DNA of 63,794 nucleotides, filler included, from Moniliella sp. 'wahieum' (Eukaryota), in the NCBI GenBank assembly GCA_003971905.1. It is 3 parts of 3 records of this genome, joined end to end, with 100 filler letters (N's around TTAATTAATTAA, not from the genome) between each part and the next. Parts side by side here need not be neighbours in the genome. Positions count along the whole stretch, not along the records: positions 1 to 22,167 come from RSEE01000146.1; 2 more parts are not named here. The stretch is one strand, 5' to 3'. Below the pieces are notes generated by a model, which searched no databases, was not told the origin of the DNA, and saw nothing but the letters and a program-made list of their open reading frames with translations. The translations under genes and the position numbers were made by a program. Positions 1 through 13,500 of this stretch are shown piece after piece; position 1 is the first letter of the stretch; every line of letters starts with the position of its first letter.

Positions 1-645
1 ACGAAACGCGGGGTCTGGCAGGTCTGGCATCAGACCATCAGGCCTCAGGGGAGGAGGAGAGGATTGTCTGGGTCTGGACAGAGGGGGGCCCTAAGAACGG
101 GCAGTGGTCCGTGCTGGAGCGGGATTACGCGGCACATCAGCGATAATATGATGGGGATGGATGATGGTATGGCTTAGCATATGCTGGGGTAAATGAGTGC
201 CCCCACACTCTGACCGAAGTACCTGACGAGGCTGGGCATGACAAAATTGAGGCACGGAATAGATGTACTGATGGGTCCGGGAGGGGAGTGCCTGTGGCGG
301 GCGGGATGGGATGGCAGGGAAAATAGCTGTCGAGCGATACGCATCAGCTCTGTGTGGGTGGTCGGTCGGCTACTACCGCATATATTACGCTGCCGAATAT
401 GACGGAGGACGCTTTCTGAGGGTGATCGTGGTTTTGTGTGCCCTCTCCCTATATGCCCTCCACCTCCGCACGATCGGAGCAGAATACGGTTCATATGTTT
501 ATCCCCCCTGCTCCCACCTGCCTCCTAACCCCGCCCCGTTTATCGTTTAAGCCGATCCTCATATTCGTATAAAACCCTCTCCCCCGCAAATGCAACCCCC
601 CACACTCCTCCCCCGCCGCCACCCCCCATCAGTCCTCCTTCACAT

Positions 646-2494
646 ATGCCCCCGCTGGCTCCGTCGCTTGCATCGCTCCTGGGCCCAGTCCGTCGCCCAC
701 CAGCTGCGCCCGTCGCCCACCCCGCCCTCGGCGCCACCCTCACCCTCCTCCTCGCCACCGCTGCCGGCGCTACCGCCTTGCCACCCTTCTTATCGGCCGT
801 GCCTCTGCGCCACGCCGTCTACGTCGTGTGCTGGCCGCTCGCACCCGTGCCACGGATCTCCTGCACAGCAAACAATGCCGAACGAATGTTCCGTGCTCAA
901 GCCGAAAACCAAGTTAAACGCGTCCAGCACGAAGCTAATCTCGCCGCTCGCCACTACACCCACTCCCTCCTCCAAGCCCAAACCAACAACCAGTCCGTAC
1001 TCTCTTTCCTCTGCTGTAGGGTCAACCGCAGCTGCCGACCCCACGCCGACAGCGCCTTCGCAACAATACGTTACCTCGCCTTCCAATTTACCCATTGCTG
1101 GTGATATCCAACTCTCTTCTCCTTGTACTTATCCACCTGCCTGCCACCCTAAGCATTGCTCAGAACTGACTTTTTTGTACTTTCCACTGTGCCACACCTC
1201 CGCCTCAGGCTTGTATGGCAACCCAAAGATTCTCGGAGCCGTTTCTGCCTGGTTTCGCCTGATGGATCGCCCTGCGTATCGGCATCGGTCGCGGTGGTCG
1301 ATCGCCATGGCAATAAAGAAGGTCACCCTTTTCCCCGTGTGTACGTTCATTACGCCCTTCAGCTCTTCCACAGACCTAAGCACTCACCCTGTTTCTGTTC
1401 CAGATAAACGGGTGACGGAGGAGAGAGTCACCAAACCTGTGGACCTACCATTGCGTTGCCCCCATCTGCTCCCATCGTGCTCAGTCGGAGCAACGAGATG
1501 AGGGACAAAGCCCAGACAGAGAAAGAGTCCGAGAAAGGCTCTGGATCTGAACCTGATGTCGTGCCGCGACCCTTCTGTCCCCGCGTTCTCCCTCGCCCCG
1601 TGACAGTTGCAGCGACCGATGCCAACAAAGCCAGCGGTACAACACTCCCTTTTGCACCCAGTCCTAGTCCGGCTGTGAAGAAGACAGGGACTAATGCCAA
1701 TCAACCTCCTGTCACCATGTATCAAGCCCCTACTACGCCGCGTCCCACCACGGCTATCCCACCGCAAACACCTGTGTGTGCAACGCGCGCGAGACCCCAA
1801 AGCCGAGCCAGAGACATTCAGTCAACAAGCCGCATCCGTCCCACTATGGCGTTACCCCCCAGACCCCATGTGGTATCGCCTACGCAGAGGTCCAAAACAA
1901 ATGCATCTACTGCGTGTGCGGCACATCAAGTTGCACCCCACTTCAGTCCACCGTGGTTAAAGCTGATTCCGTACCACGTCCGACCATTGCTGCCCCCACA
2001 AACTCCAATTGTGGTGCAAGCTGCACGAGGACTTGAGGGGGAGAGATCGACCCTTGCCACTCCCCGACCAACCATGGCGATCCCCCCGCAGACGCCTATC
2101 GTGAAGCAGGCTGCGTCGCTTGCCAGTGGCACGGCGCAATCCCCCTTTTGGTACTGAAACTAACTCCCTGAAGAAGTTGTAGCAATGGGCTTGTGCCCAA
2201 CCGTCGACACGGACGTCGCGGGGTCTCGATGTCCCGACTCCACTTTGTTGGGGTGTGGTGGGATGAGGACCAACATGGGATTATGCCGTCTACAGTGCAA
2301 GACACGACCGTGCCCGTAGAACGGGATACGGCGCACGACGCAATGGTGATGCTGGAGATGGTGCGGAAGCACCAAGACGAGGCGACGAAGAGTACGGCGG
2401 GCCGGCTCAGTGAAGACAGATTGTCGAGCCCTAAGCATGAATAGAAAGCGGCCTGGTTGAAGACCTCTCCTGTTGCGGACAAGAAGGAGAAGTG
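646..2494 (+). CDS. Orphan Pro/Thr-rich protein (spliced, frameshifted) with four RPTxAxPPQTPxV-like peptide repeats
   Basis: TATAAAA at ~569 precedes ATG 646. Intron-like segments at ~1101-1208 and ~1338-1404. ORF pieces 646-1104, 1456-2157 and 2193-2444. No family recognised. Confidence 0.4.
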
Positions 2495-3399
2495 AGGTGA
2501 GCCTTGGGAATTGTATAAGCGAATGTCCCCCCCTTTTATTCGTTCTCTCGTTCCTTGTCCATCTGGGATATGGAAGCTGTACCAATACATTGTCTATACG
2601 TTTCGTATGCTTTCCTCGATTGACAGGAGAACCCGCGGGGCTTTTGTCGTTATACAGTGTCAGCGTGTAGTGTGGCGCCCCACACACGCTCTCTTTGCCG
2701 CTCCTTTTTGTTTGTAGGGCAAGGAGAAGTATATTTCACAGAACCAAAAGGATTGTCTAAACGTCTGAACTGTGAACTGCTAACCGAGATTGGACAGGAA
2801 TGAACGAGCGAGTTTGCCTATTCTCCTTATCCACCCTCCGACGTCACAAACAAGATACTGCTTGAATGAGAGTCCAATGGTTGCGCTTGGATCAATTGAT
2901 GACCCTCAACATTCGACTTCAGTCAAGAGACCAAGCCTCAAGTCCTGGAACGAGCCTATGTAGTATTGGGGAAATGCACTCTCCACAACCCCCGCATATA
3001 TATTCTTCCAAGGGTTGGCCTTTGCGTAGCGTCACATGTGTGCACAAACCGGACAGCGAAATTCGATGGGAAGCAGTAAAGGCCACCATATGGAACGAGG
3101 GAGAACGATCTGCATAGTCAGCCAGCTGCCCCTTCTCGTTATTCCACCTCGTGTCTGCTGTGTGGAGCCTCCGCGACCATTCCAAAATCCAATGGCGTGC
3201 AACGTTTCGCAACCCGCCGGATACTATAACGGGGTCAAATTTGAAACTGTGCACGTTCGTTGCCTGCGTCAATTGATTATGATTTCCGGGGCAGTATTGA
3301 GTTGTGAGTCACAAGTGCACAAATCCAAGTCCCAAGCCGGGTTGCGCGCCAAAGGCAGCGACCCACACCACCACCGCCCCTCTCTACTCGTCAGCCGCG

Positions 3400-5542
3400 A
3401 TGGGCTCTCTCTCCGCCAGCCCGTTTCCCACGTCCCCCACACCTTCTGGTCCCCAGCACGTGGCGCCTTCCGTCGCACCAGCCAAGTATACGGCCCAGTC
3501 TGCGCCACCCAGATCTCTCCCACCCTCTCCTCGGTGCCCTTGGCGGAGCGCAGCGATGCCGAGCGCAATGTGCTCATCACCTCCGCCCTTCCCTATGTCA
3601 ACAATGTGCCCCATCTCGGCAACATCATTGGATCGACGTTGAGTGCGGATGTGTATGCTCGTTACAGCCGCTCGCGCAACCGCAACACGTTGTACATTTG
3701 TGGCACGGACGAGTACGGTACGGCGACCGAAACCAAGCATTGGAAGATGGTGTGACGCCACAGGAGCTGGTGGACAAGTACCACGCCCTTCATAAGATTG
3801 CCTACGACTGGTTTGATATTGGGTTTGACTATTTTGGTCGCACCACGACCGAGTGGCAAACGAAAATTGCCCAAGACATCTTTCTCAAGCTCCATGCCAA
3901 TGGCTTTGTCGAGGAGCGCACCATCACCCAACTGTACTGCGACAAGGACCAGCGCTTCCTGGCAGACCGTTACGTGGAGGGAATTTGTCCCAAGTGTGGT
4001 TACGAAGATGCACGTGGCGATCAGTGCGACAAGTGTGGCTCCTTGTACGATGCGATGGAGCTGAAGCATCCGCGGTGCAAGACGTGCAACTCGACCCCAG
4101 CTCCCAAAGAGACCAAACATATCTTTCTCCGCATCGACTTGCTCCAACCAGCGACCGAGACGTGGGCGCGCCAAGCGGCCGTCGAAGGAAGCTGGAGCAG
4201 CAACTCTGTCCACATTACCGAGAGCTGGTTTAAGGAAGGCCTGCGACCGTTTAGTCTGACGCGTGATCTCAAGTGGGGGGTGAAGGTGCCATTGCCCGGG
4301 TACGAGGACAAGGTATTTTACGTGTGGTACGATGCACCGATTGGCTATCCATCCATCACGGCCAACTATGCGCCGAGGTATGGGAGCGTGGTGGAAGAGC
4401 CCGGAGCAAGTGTCGCTGTACCAGTTTATGGGAAAGGACAATGTTCGCTTCCATACTGTCATCTTCCCCTCGACGTTGATTGGCACCAAGGACAAGTGGA
4501 CCAAACTGCAACAGATCAGCACAACCGAGTACCTCCAGTACGAAGGAGGCAAGTTCAGCAAGAGCCGCAACGTTGGAGTATTTGGTGATAAGGCGGCCGA
4601 GACAGGGGTACCGGCCAGCGTATGGCGGTACTATCTCTTGGCCAACCGGCCTGAAACGGCGGATTCCAGTTCTCCTGGGCCGAGTTTATTGCGCGCAACA
4701 ACAATGAACTCTTGGCCAATCTGGGCAACTTTGTCAACCGCGTTCTGATTTGTGCCAAGAACTACCAAGGGATCTTGCCTCCCGTTCCAGCCGAGCTACC
4801 GATGCCAAGACCGAAGGACACGCGCTCTACGCGGCGCTGGTCAAGGACGTCAATGTGCTACTGGGCCAGTATGCGGACCATATGGAGGCGGCCCGGTTGC
4901 GCGCTGGGCTTCAAACCGCAATGGCCATCTCGGCCCGGGGCAACCTGTTTTTAACCGAGTCCAAGCTGACCAAGGCGCTGTTTGTCGAGCATCCCACCAC
5001 GTGCAACGCCGTGGTTCATGCGACAGTCAGCCTCATCTACCTTCTCAGTGCCGTCGTTGCGCCCTTTATGCCGTCGACGCCAATGACATTTGGTTCAGCT
5101 CAACGCACCACCGCGGGCTCTACCCTTCCCCCAGAGGCCGGACAGAAGGGTGGTCGGCCATTGGGCCCCGCCAGAGCTACTGGCCGACACCATCGGCAAG
5201 CCTAAGCACCTTTTCAAGCCCATCGATCCCAAAATGGAAGAGGTGTGGCGGACCCAGTTTGGCGGAGCCAAGCCAAGGAGAGACGGCCAAACCGGCTCTG
5301 AGTAAATCACAAGCAGCCAAGCTTGCGAAAAAGGCCAAAAAGGAAGCAGAGGCGGCGGCGGCGGCCAAGATCCCCAACACTCCCGAAGCCAAGGCGTTGC
5401 GGCCAAGATTGAAGCACAGGGCGTGGCCGTGCGCGAGGCTAAGGCGGCAGCCAAAGCGGATGACTCCAAGCAGGCGGCTGTCGAGGCCAGCGTCCAAGAG
5501 TTGCTGCAGCTCAAGGAGCAGCTGGCTAAGCTCTCGGTTTGA
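3400..5542 (+). CDS. MES1: Cytosolic methionyl-tRNA synthetase with C-terminal WHEP-like domain (frameshifted in the assembly)
   Basis: [19 protein letters not shown] (HIGH-type motif), [10 protein letters not shown], Zn knuckles [40 protein letters not shown] (KMSKS-type), ANLGNFVNR. Stop TGA at 5540-5542. Start approximate. Confidence 0.95.
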
Positions 5543-5712
5543 CGTCGTGGTCCCACCGCTGTGGCTACTGGTTTAGTTTTTCCCTCCTTCATCCATCCTC
5601 CTTTCCCCAGTACATTGGACCAGGACAGGACAGACCTAGCAGATAGTCAAGGGTATCGTATATCATCGTTGCACAACAAGACGCAGCATGCGAGGGATCG
5701 TCGTCGCTGGGC

Positions 5713-6080
5713 TCACACCAGGCGCCAAACCAACCAGAGCAAGATGACGCTGGCCATGACGGTCAACGTGAGGCGCCAGCCCTGCAGATTGACCACCTTT
5801 TGGGTAAGACTGGTCGAGGAGCGCTGCAGGCTGGCCGAGGCCATCGAGCGCGCGCTCGGCCCCAGGAAGGAGCGAGGTGCGCTGGGCCTCGGCATCGGCG
5901 TGGATGTCGACGGTGACCGCGTGCTGGAGCGAGGGTGGGGGCGGCGTGGTCAGGGAGCAGCGCCGCGCGGAGCAGCGCAGAGGAGTGGAGGATACGCACC
6001 AGATTGCGCACCTGGGAGTGGAGGGCGCCCAGGGCAGCGTCGTTCTGCTGCTCGTACGTGCGTGCAGCCGTCGAGGACAT
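5713..6080 (-). CDS. Bet1/Sft1-like Qc-SNARE, tail-anchored
   Basis: MSSTAARTYEQQNDAALGALHSQVRNL, intron 5924-5999 (GTGCGT..CTGAC..CAG), HAVTVDIHADAEAQR, then C-terminal TM segment LTVMASVILLWLVWRLV*. Confidence 0.7.
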
Positions 6081-8164
6081 GGCGGATGGCGGCGGCTGGG
6101 CGGCCTGAATGCGTATCGCCGCTGCCACCCATGACGCAACGTGGCAGCGGAATCTGCCCTCGCCGCTTCCGCCTCGCGACCCAGAATGGGTGATCCAGTT
6201 TTTTTCGTGGCGGTGAATGTCATCTCATCCCGTTCTCCGCCAGCGTTACTACCTACGGTTTGCCCCTGGGGCTAGAGAGTGTCCTACGCGTGCCGGGCAA
6301 TTGACGATGGGCCGTGGCTACCACTGGCTGTGCGCCCCTGGCGCAGGTAGCGCCGATACGTTTTGCACTATGCATGGACAGGTCCAAAACAGTATACGAC
6401 CGTTCAAAACGTTAACAAACGTCAGACGCTGCGCAATAAGCCGAGCACTTGTCATTCCGTGATCTGCCCAATAATGCAGCGCAGCACGTGGCTTTGGCCT
6501 GCTGCTGTGGCTTGTCCAGGTTCAAGCTCTAGAGAGTTCAAGCTGACGTTCAGGCCTTCAGGTCGACGTGACCCGCGTGTGACCGACCAGGAGGCCTGCT
6601 CAGGCGGAGGCCGCCCCTAATGCGCCAAAACTGAGGACCCCTCAGTGCCTCGCGCCTCATCAGCCTCTTAGGTCTCAGGGTCTCGGGCTTCTGGCCGCAG
6701 TATGGCGGCTTCAGCCCCAGGAGGCCTCAGGCCTCAGGGACTCTCAGATCTCAGATCTCAGGACGTAGGTAGGTTGGAGGACGTTTCGTGTCTTGCTCCA
6801 ACAAATGACGTGCTCGTTTCTCCCCCAAAGTTGACTGACATGTGACACGTTGACCCCGCCCCCCAGTCCTGTGCTGCACACAAGACTGTACATTCGGTTG
6901 GTGTACCGATCACATCACACTCCCTCGGTGGGCATTTCGTACCTATGGGCAAACCTGCATCCACATATGGCAAGTTGATTATTGCTGGGCTTTACACGAG
7001 TTTTAACCCTGTCTCCACAAAAGCTTCGTAAAAGTAGTAGGATGCGACTCGGTAAGAAATATATGGCCCCTTGAAGTCTGAGGCACCGCGCTCCACACTA
7101 CTTGGGATGAATTCGCCGCGCAAGATTCGTCCAGATGGCATGGCTGGCATCATGGCAGTAGTGGGTGTGGGTGTGGTCATATACCGCAGGGGGGCTATGG
7201 CGTTGGGTGCAGTAAGTATAGGATGGGCGGGGCTTGAAGCTGAAGTTCAAGCGTCTGCCAGCAGCGCCGTCTCGGTGCCTTTGATTGATGCGCGGGGACA
7301 TGGACAGTAGATCCATCGGCGCAGACACGCTCTAAGGCCGAAGGGGGGAAAGGCGGCTTGGTGACTCTACTGTGTCGAGCGAAAAAGAGAAAACAAAAAT
7401 TGATCATCGATGATTAATGATTGGTGTCACCGGTCACCGGTCTCACCACACTGGCCACACTCCTCCTCTCCCACAAGGCGCTGAACCTCCGGCAGCAGGC
7501 ACGGCGCCTGTGCCCCCGCATCCAGCCTCGTATCCGTTTGTCCCGTGGTGCGAGCTATTTTGCCGAAGCGGCGGGACCAGGAACCACCAGCCAGCAGCGC
7601 CCAGGCCTGCCAGGTGTCAGCACATGCCGTGAGGCACTCGTGAGGCCTGAGGCCCTGTTAGATCGTAGCGCTTACAGCCGGCATCTGCCTGCTGTGGTTT
7701 GGGTAAGATTGCGTGCGCGCTGCGTGAGACCGCCTTTTCATCCGTGCACTGTCCAGTCGCCTCCCTAATCCCACAGCCACACGCCAAAACTATAGTGCCT
7801 TCTGCCTCTTGCCTCCTCTGTCTCTGAGCAGGAGTGTGCGTGGCGGGCCTCCCAAAATTCTCTCTGACGCGGGTTTATTTATAAGAGGCAATATCCCCCC
7901 GACTCCACACCTCTTTTGTTCTTTCCCGCTTCAAACACCCGCACCCTACTCTCGTCCCTCTACCGCTTTGCCCGACCCAGCAAGCAGCCAATTCGCACAA
8001 GATCTTCACTTGTGTGCCGTGTGCTTTCCTCCGTGGCCCGACGCCCACTCTCGAACCTTGAAGCTTCTCCCTAGCCCCCTTCGCACCAAGCTTCAACAAG
8101 AACCTTCGCCCATTTACCGTCCACATCACTCCATCTCGTGCACATTTCCGCCCACACTTTTCCC

Positions 8165-9754
8165 ATGTCGGTCTACAGTCCTCATTCGGATAAGTTCTCC
8201 GATCACAGCCCAAGCGCAGGCTACGATCAAACATCCATCTCAAGCAAGAACGGCTACAGCCACGCCAAGGAGAAGGCCACCCGGACCAGACCATTGAGGA
8301 GGCCTTTTTTGACCCGAACAATGCTGATTCTGCCAAATACAAAAAGTTGTCCTGGTTTCAACTGGGCTTGCTCTTGCTCGTCGAGGCGGTTGCGCTTGGC
8401 AGTTTGTCCCTCCCAGCATCCTACGACACGGTCGGCATGGTAGCCGGTGTGATTATCACCTTTGTCGTTGGGCTCCTCACCCTCTACACCGCCTATGTTG
8501 TGGGCGCGGCCAGCAACAAATATGCTGACCGTGTGGTCTCTTACAATGATCTGGTTGCCCTTATGTGGGGGCCTGGGGCGGTGAGCTGTGCGGAATTGCC
8601 TTCGTCGTCTTCCTAACGCTCGCCAACGGTAGCCACGCTCTCACGGGCGCCATTGCATTGGAGACAATTTCCGATCAGCGGGGGTGCAACCTTCTCTGGT
8701 CTGGTGTCTCTGCCATCGTCTTGTTTATCCTCGCCCTGCCCCGATCCTTTTCTGAGCAATCCTGGCTTGGCGTGGCCGACTTTATCAGCATCATCACCAG
8801 CATCTTGATTACCATCATTGCTACTGGTACTTTTCTTCCTCTCCCAAACTCATTCAGCGTCCTAGTGTATATCTCATTACTGATCTCGTTTTTGCTCCAC
8901 ACCAGGTGTGTCTTCCCACGGTGGTAAGGGAATTGATATCTGGGTCGGCGCCCCGACCAACCCAAGCCCTCCATTTTCTGAAGTCATTGTGCGGTTGTCA
9001 ACATCGCCTTTGCCTTCAGTTTTGTAGTCAACCAACCCTCGTTCCAAACCGAACTCAAGAACCGTAAAGACTACATGAAGGTACATGAACATCCCCTTCC
9101 CCTGATTTGGCATTACCTCCATTAGCCACAGGATACTGACCCGGGTGCCTCTGCTAGTCGGTTTCGTTGCTGATGGCAGCGGAGTGGATCATCTACATTC
9201 TGACTGGCGCCTTGATTTACGCCTTGTGGGCAAGGGGGTGCCTTCCCCTGCGCTTCTGGCATCTAGCCACACTGTTCGTCGGTCGGATTTGGTATTGCTT
9301 TGGTCGTCATCTTTGTGTCGGGCTCGATCAACACGGTTGCAGCTGCCCGTTATGTGCATCACCGCATCTTCAAAAACACGCCTCACAAGTACATCTCCAC
9401 CCCTCTTGGAATTGGGGCGTGGGTGGCGATTGTATTTGGCTTGACCGTGATTGGCTGGGTGGTTGCTGAGGCCATCCCGGCATTCAGCCTCATTCTTAGC
9501 ATCATCTCTGCCATTTGTGTGTCCGGCTTCTCGTTCTATTTGCCAGGCTTCATTTGGTTCTACCTCTTGCGCGAAGGCGCCTGGAACAGCTCGGCCAAGA
9601 ACATCGCACTGAGCATCCTCAACACTTTCCTTATTCTTCTTGGATTCTTCTTCTTTGTCGGAGGGATGTATGGCTCGGTGGTCAGCTGCGGGACACATAC
9701 CGTCACAACGAGGCCAGTACTCCCTTCTCGTGCCAGTGGAACCACAGGTCATGA
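8165..9754 (+). CDS. AAAP/Aa_trans family neutral amino acid permease (Mtr-like)
   Basis: LSWFQLGLLLLVEAVALGSLSLPAS, GSHALTGAIAL, VVAEAIPAFSLILSIISAICVSGFSFYLPG and many TM segments. Introns 8827-8905 and 9081-9157. Confidence 0.85.
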
Positions 9755-10531
9755 GAGGCGGCTCTTTTTTGCTGATGTGTGGAGATGCTGCAACCCCATC
9801 TTTTTTTACCCACCGGACCGGTCGCTATTACCCCCTCCTTTCTCTCTAGCGTTTACGTTGGTTGCGATGTTCATCACGACTTGATCTTAATGCAGTGTGT
9901 GCGAAACAAAACGAACTCAAGTGAACAATATAGCCATACCTGTTTTTATAGCGGGTTATAGCAGGGTGTAGTACATGTGACCCATCTCTGTGGTCACGTG
10001 CAACGGGGCAACGCCAGCGCTCTGTTTGCAGTGGGAGGGTTGGGTGTGTTTTTGGGTTAAATTAGTATAGCCGCTGCTCGTTCGCTCTGGCTGTTCTGGC
10101 CACATCAGTTCCCACTTCCTCCTCGGTCGCTTGTGCGTCTGCCTCCCTCACACACCACCACTCCCGAGCCCCTGTGTGCTGGATCAGGTCCGATGCCCTC
10201 CCCTGTCTGGTTTCGGCGGACCACGCCGACGCGGAGCACAGCCACTGTGCATCAAGCAACTTGGGCACCCCCCCGGCAGTCGTATTGCCATCACCACGAC
10301 CGTCCCATGCCAGGAGGCAGAATCCCCTCTTCCTTCTGACGTTACCGACACCCAGATTGGTGATGGTACCCCCACTCGCTGTCTCCTCGTCGAGACCAAT
10401 GAACGCACCCCTCGTCTTCACGCCCCGCCCCAATTCCTAATCAATTACCACTTCTGTCGCCCTACCATTAGCGTGGACGGTTCACGCGAAAATCCACACC
10501 ATCAGACAGCCTCACCACCGACGAAGGCAAT

Positions 10532-13500
10532 ATGGCTTCCAAGTTACCATTCACCCTTCCAGGCGTGATCGAAGGGGATAGTGGCACGCATACATTAGTG
10601 GTCGAGACGGGATTGTCTAACTCCAACGCCAGCTTGTGGCCCAAGACTCTGAATCCTCTTCATCTCTCAACCTTTTACTCGTCATAACGGCCGAGATCCC
10701 CCGGAATGACAGTTGCTGGATGAGTCCCAATGTCTGGACGCTCTTCGGCCTCACAAATCAACCAACGGTTTGAGTCTCAAGAGAACTGAGGGATACATCG
10801 AAGCCCTGAGGAATCAAAATAGTGATCTGAAGCGCGAGGTTTTCCACTTGCGCAGCCAACTGAGCAACGATAAAGAACAGCCGAAAGTGGTCATCCAGCT
10901 CATTGAGGCACAGAACATATTGCCAAGCTGCGCAATCAGAACGAGAAAATGAAAAAGAGTATATCATTATGTGATCGTCAGATCAAGTGCCTTAAGACCG
11001 AACGCGATAAGCCGAAGGCCCACCAGTCCCCAGAACAACAGGAGGTACGTGTTTCTCACTTCTTTCCCTGATTACTATCATATACTTTCTCAGTTATTAT
11101 ATCTCTTTAATCAACCTGTTGGTTCTCGTTTTTGTTAATAATTCTCTCTCGTTGATTCTTATTCGCAGGAATTGTTGGACCAACTCAAGAAAGAGCATGC
11201 CAAGGAGCTTTCCCAGATCAAGGCGGAGCGGGATCAACTCTCTCTCAAACTGGCTGACACGAATTGCCGCTTGGATAAGAGACAATCCTCATCAGACTTG
11301 ACACGGCAACACAACCAGGAGATTGAAGAGGCCCCCCGTGCTCAAGTTGGGGAACTGGAACGTGAACTCGCGTTGGCGTTGCAGAGTCGGGAGGAACAAG
11401 AGGCCTGTTGAACCAACAAAATAAAGAGTTGAAGGAACGCTTGCTGCCTTGGAGCTCAGAGCAACAGAACAGCATCATCTGCTGATGTTAATCTCAAGCC
11501 CGTCTTTCCCAATTGACGAAGCCTATGATCAATTGCGAACGAGCTGAACGTTGCTCACACACTCCGGATCAAGCGGAGGAACAAGTCAAGTGGGAGCATG
11601 ACGAAGTCATAAGGTTACGTCGCCAATGCGAGCAGAAGGACCAGTACAGGGATCAACTTTTGCTTTGTATCGAGGATAATCAACGCAAGGCCAACATGAC
11701 ATTGAACTGGCGCGTGCCTTTCAACTTGCGCAAGAAGAAGAGGTGAAGATGCTGGAAACAAAGTTGAGAAAATAGAGACAGAGGCGGCTCACTGGGAAAA
11801 CCAAGCCAAGCATCTGCAAGACCAGCTGGTCAACCGTGATATCGACCTTGATACGGCGAGCCGTCAAATGGGAGAGGTCGGGGCAATGCAAAACTGGAAA
11901 TCTGGATTGAAGATCGTGATGCTCGCCTCCATGCTCAAGGGGAAGAGATCGAGCGACTGCAACTTGAGTTGAGGGGGGCCCAGGCCAAGTTCAATCAGCG
12001 GAGCTATTCAACGAATCGCTCCGAGCTAGACTCGCTACTGCCCAAGAGAGAATGCGCCCTCGAAATCGCTTGGTCGAGAGCAACAACAAGATTGAGATAC
12101 ATCAAGCCGAAGCGGAAGCCCAAGCTGAAACGGCCCAGAAGACGCGTGCCGAGTTGAGTACAGTCAAAGCTGATTTGGCCACTGCGATTGAGCGTCTCGG
12201 CAGTGAGCAGCGTGCCGCTGCCCAGAAGACCCAAGAACAAGGCCGAGTTGGCACGTGAGGACGAATATCGAGTCAAAGCAGTCGAAAAAGAGCATGAGTG
12301 CAGATTGCTGGATAAAGCGCTAGAGGAGCTCAAGCACGGATGCAGCAACAGGTTCAGGACCAGCTTCAAGCCGAACTCGCAGTGCTGCAAGCACACAATG
12401 TAGAATCGTTTGCCGCCGAGAAGCACATGTTGGATCTTGAGATCGATCGCCTCCAGAGTAAAATTGCAGAGCTTGAGCGCGAGCTGGAGAAATGCACCAA
12501 GGAAGTGGAACGGAAGTCTGACTTGGTGAAGGAGAAAGACCTAGGTTGGACCCAAGCGGTACGCTTCTTTCTTCTCTCTCTTTTCTTTACTGGATGGGGA
12601 GTGGCATCTCACTGATCTATTCTCTTTAACTCTCTTTGTGCTGCAGAAGGCCAAGCTTTGTGAACTTGCAGGTAAATTGTCGGCGGAAGAGCAAGTGAGC
12701 AAAGGCTTCTCGGAACGGTTCGACGTGCAAAGCCGGGCCTTGTTGAAGGCACAAGAAGAATTGGACGGGCTCAGGCCAAACTGGAAAGTGTGGAAACAGT
12801 TCGGGCAGATGAGACGCGTAACCAACGCCGTCAGTGAACAAGTTGCCCAGCAGCTAAGGAACGTGATGCGTTGCTGATGCACATCTCCCAGCAACTGGGT
12901 CGTGTCATGGGGCCCGGGAATGGAGCCAGCATGCACACGAGGACGACGCATTTACCAACTTCCCGTCTTAAATGAGCGATCATGACTCTTCTGAAGAGTG
13001 TGAGCGAATACGTGTACAGTTCGAACAACGCATCAAGGGTATCGAGGATAATATCACAGATCGTTTTAGGTAGGGCTCCCTCCCCCCAGGTATATACTCG
13101 GTCTCACCTGCTTACATTCGATTCACTCGTTTTCTCTTTTTCGTTCTCCAGTACGGTACATCGGCAAAAGACGCAAATACTACACGGATCAACCAGCTAG
13201 ACACATCCATCGAGATGATTAAGGACAAACAGGTCTGTGGCACAACCGTATCGCAGCCAAACAGGCTGAGCTGGACGCTCTCCGCTCGGCTAACAACGAG
13301 CTGCAGATCCAAATCGGGTCAATGAAGTCGGCCCAGAGAATGGGACGAGTTTAAGCCCGAATACGACTCATCGCCCCCACTCCAGCTAGTTTGGAAAGCA
13401 TGTTGACCGTTGCAAAGCACCAGCTGGCTGAGACTGAAGACCGGATGAAGGAAGCTCAGGTCCGTCACGAGCACGAAGAAGCCAAGTGGAAAGAGGGGTA

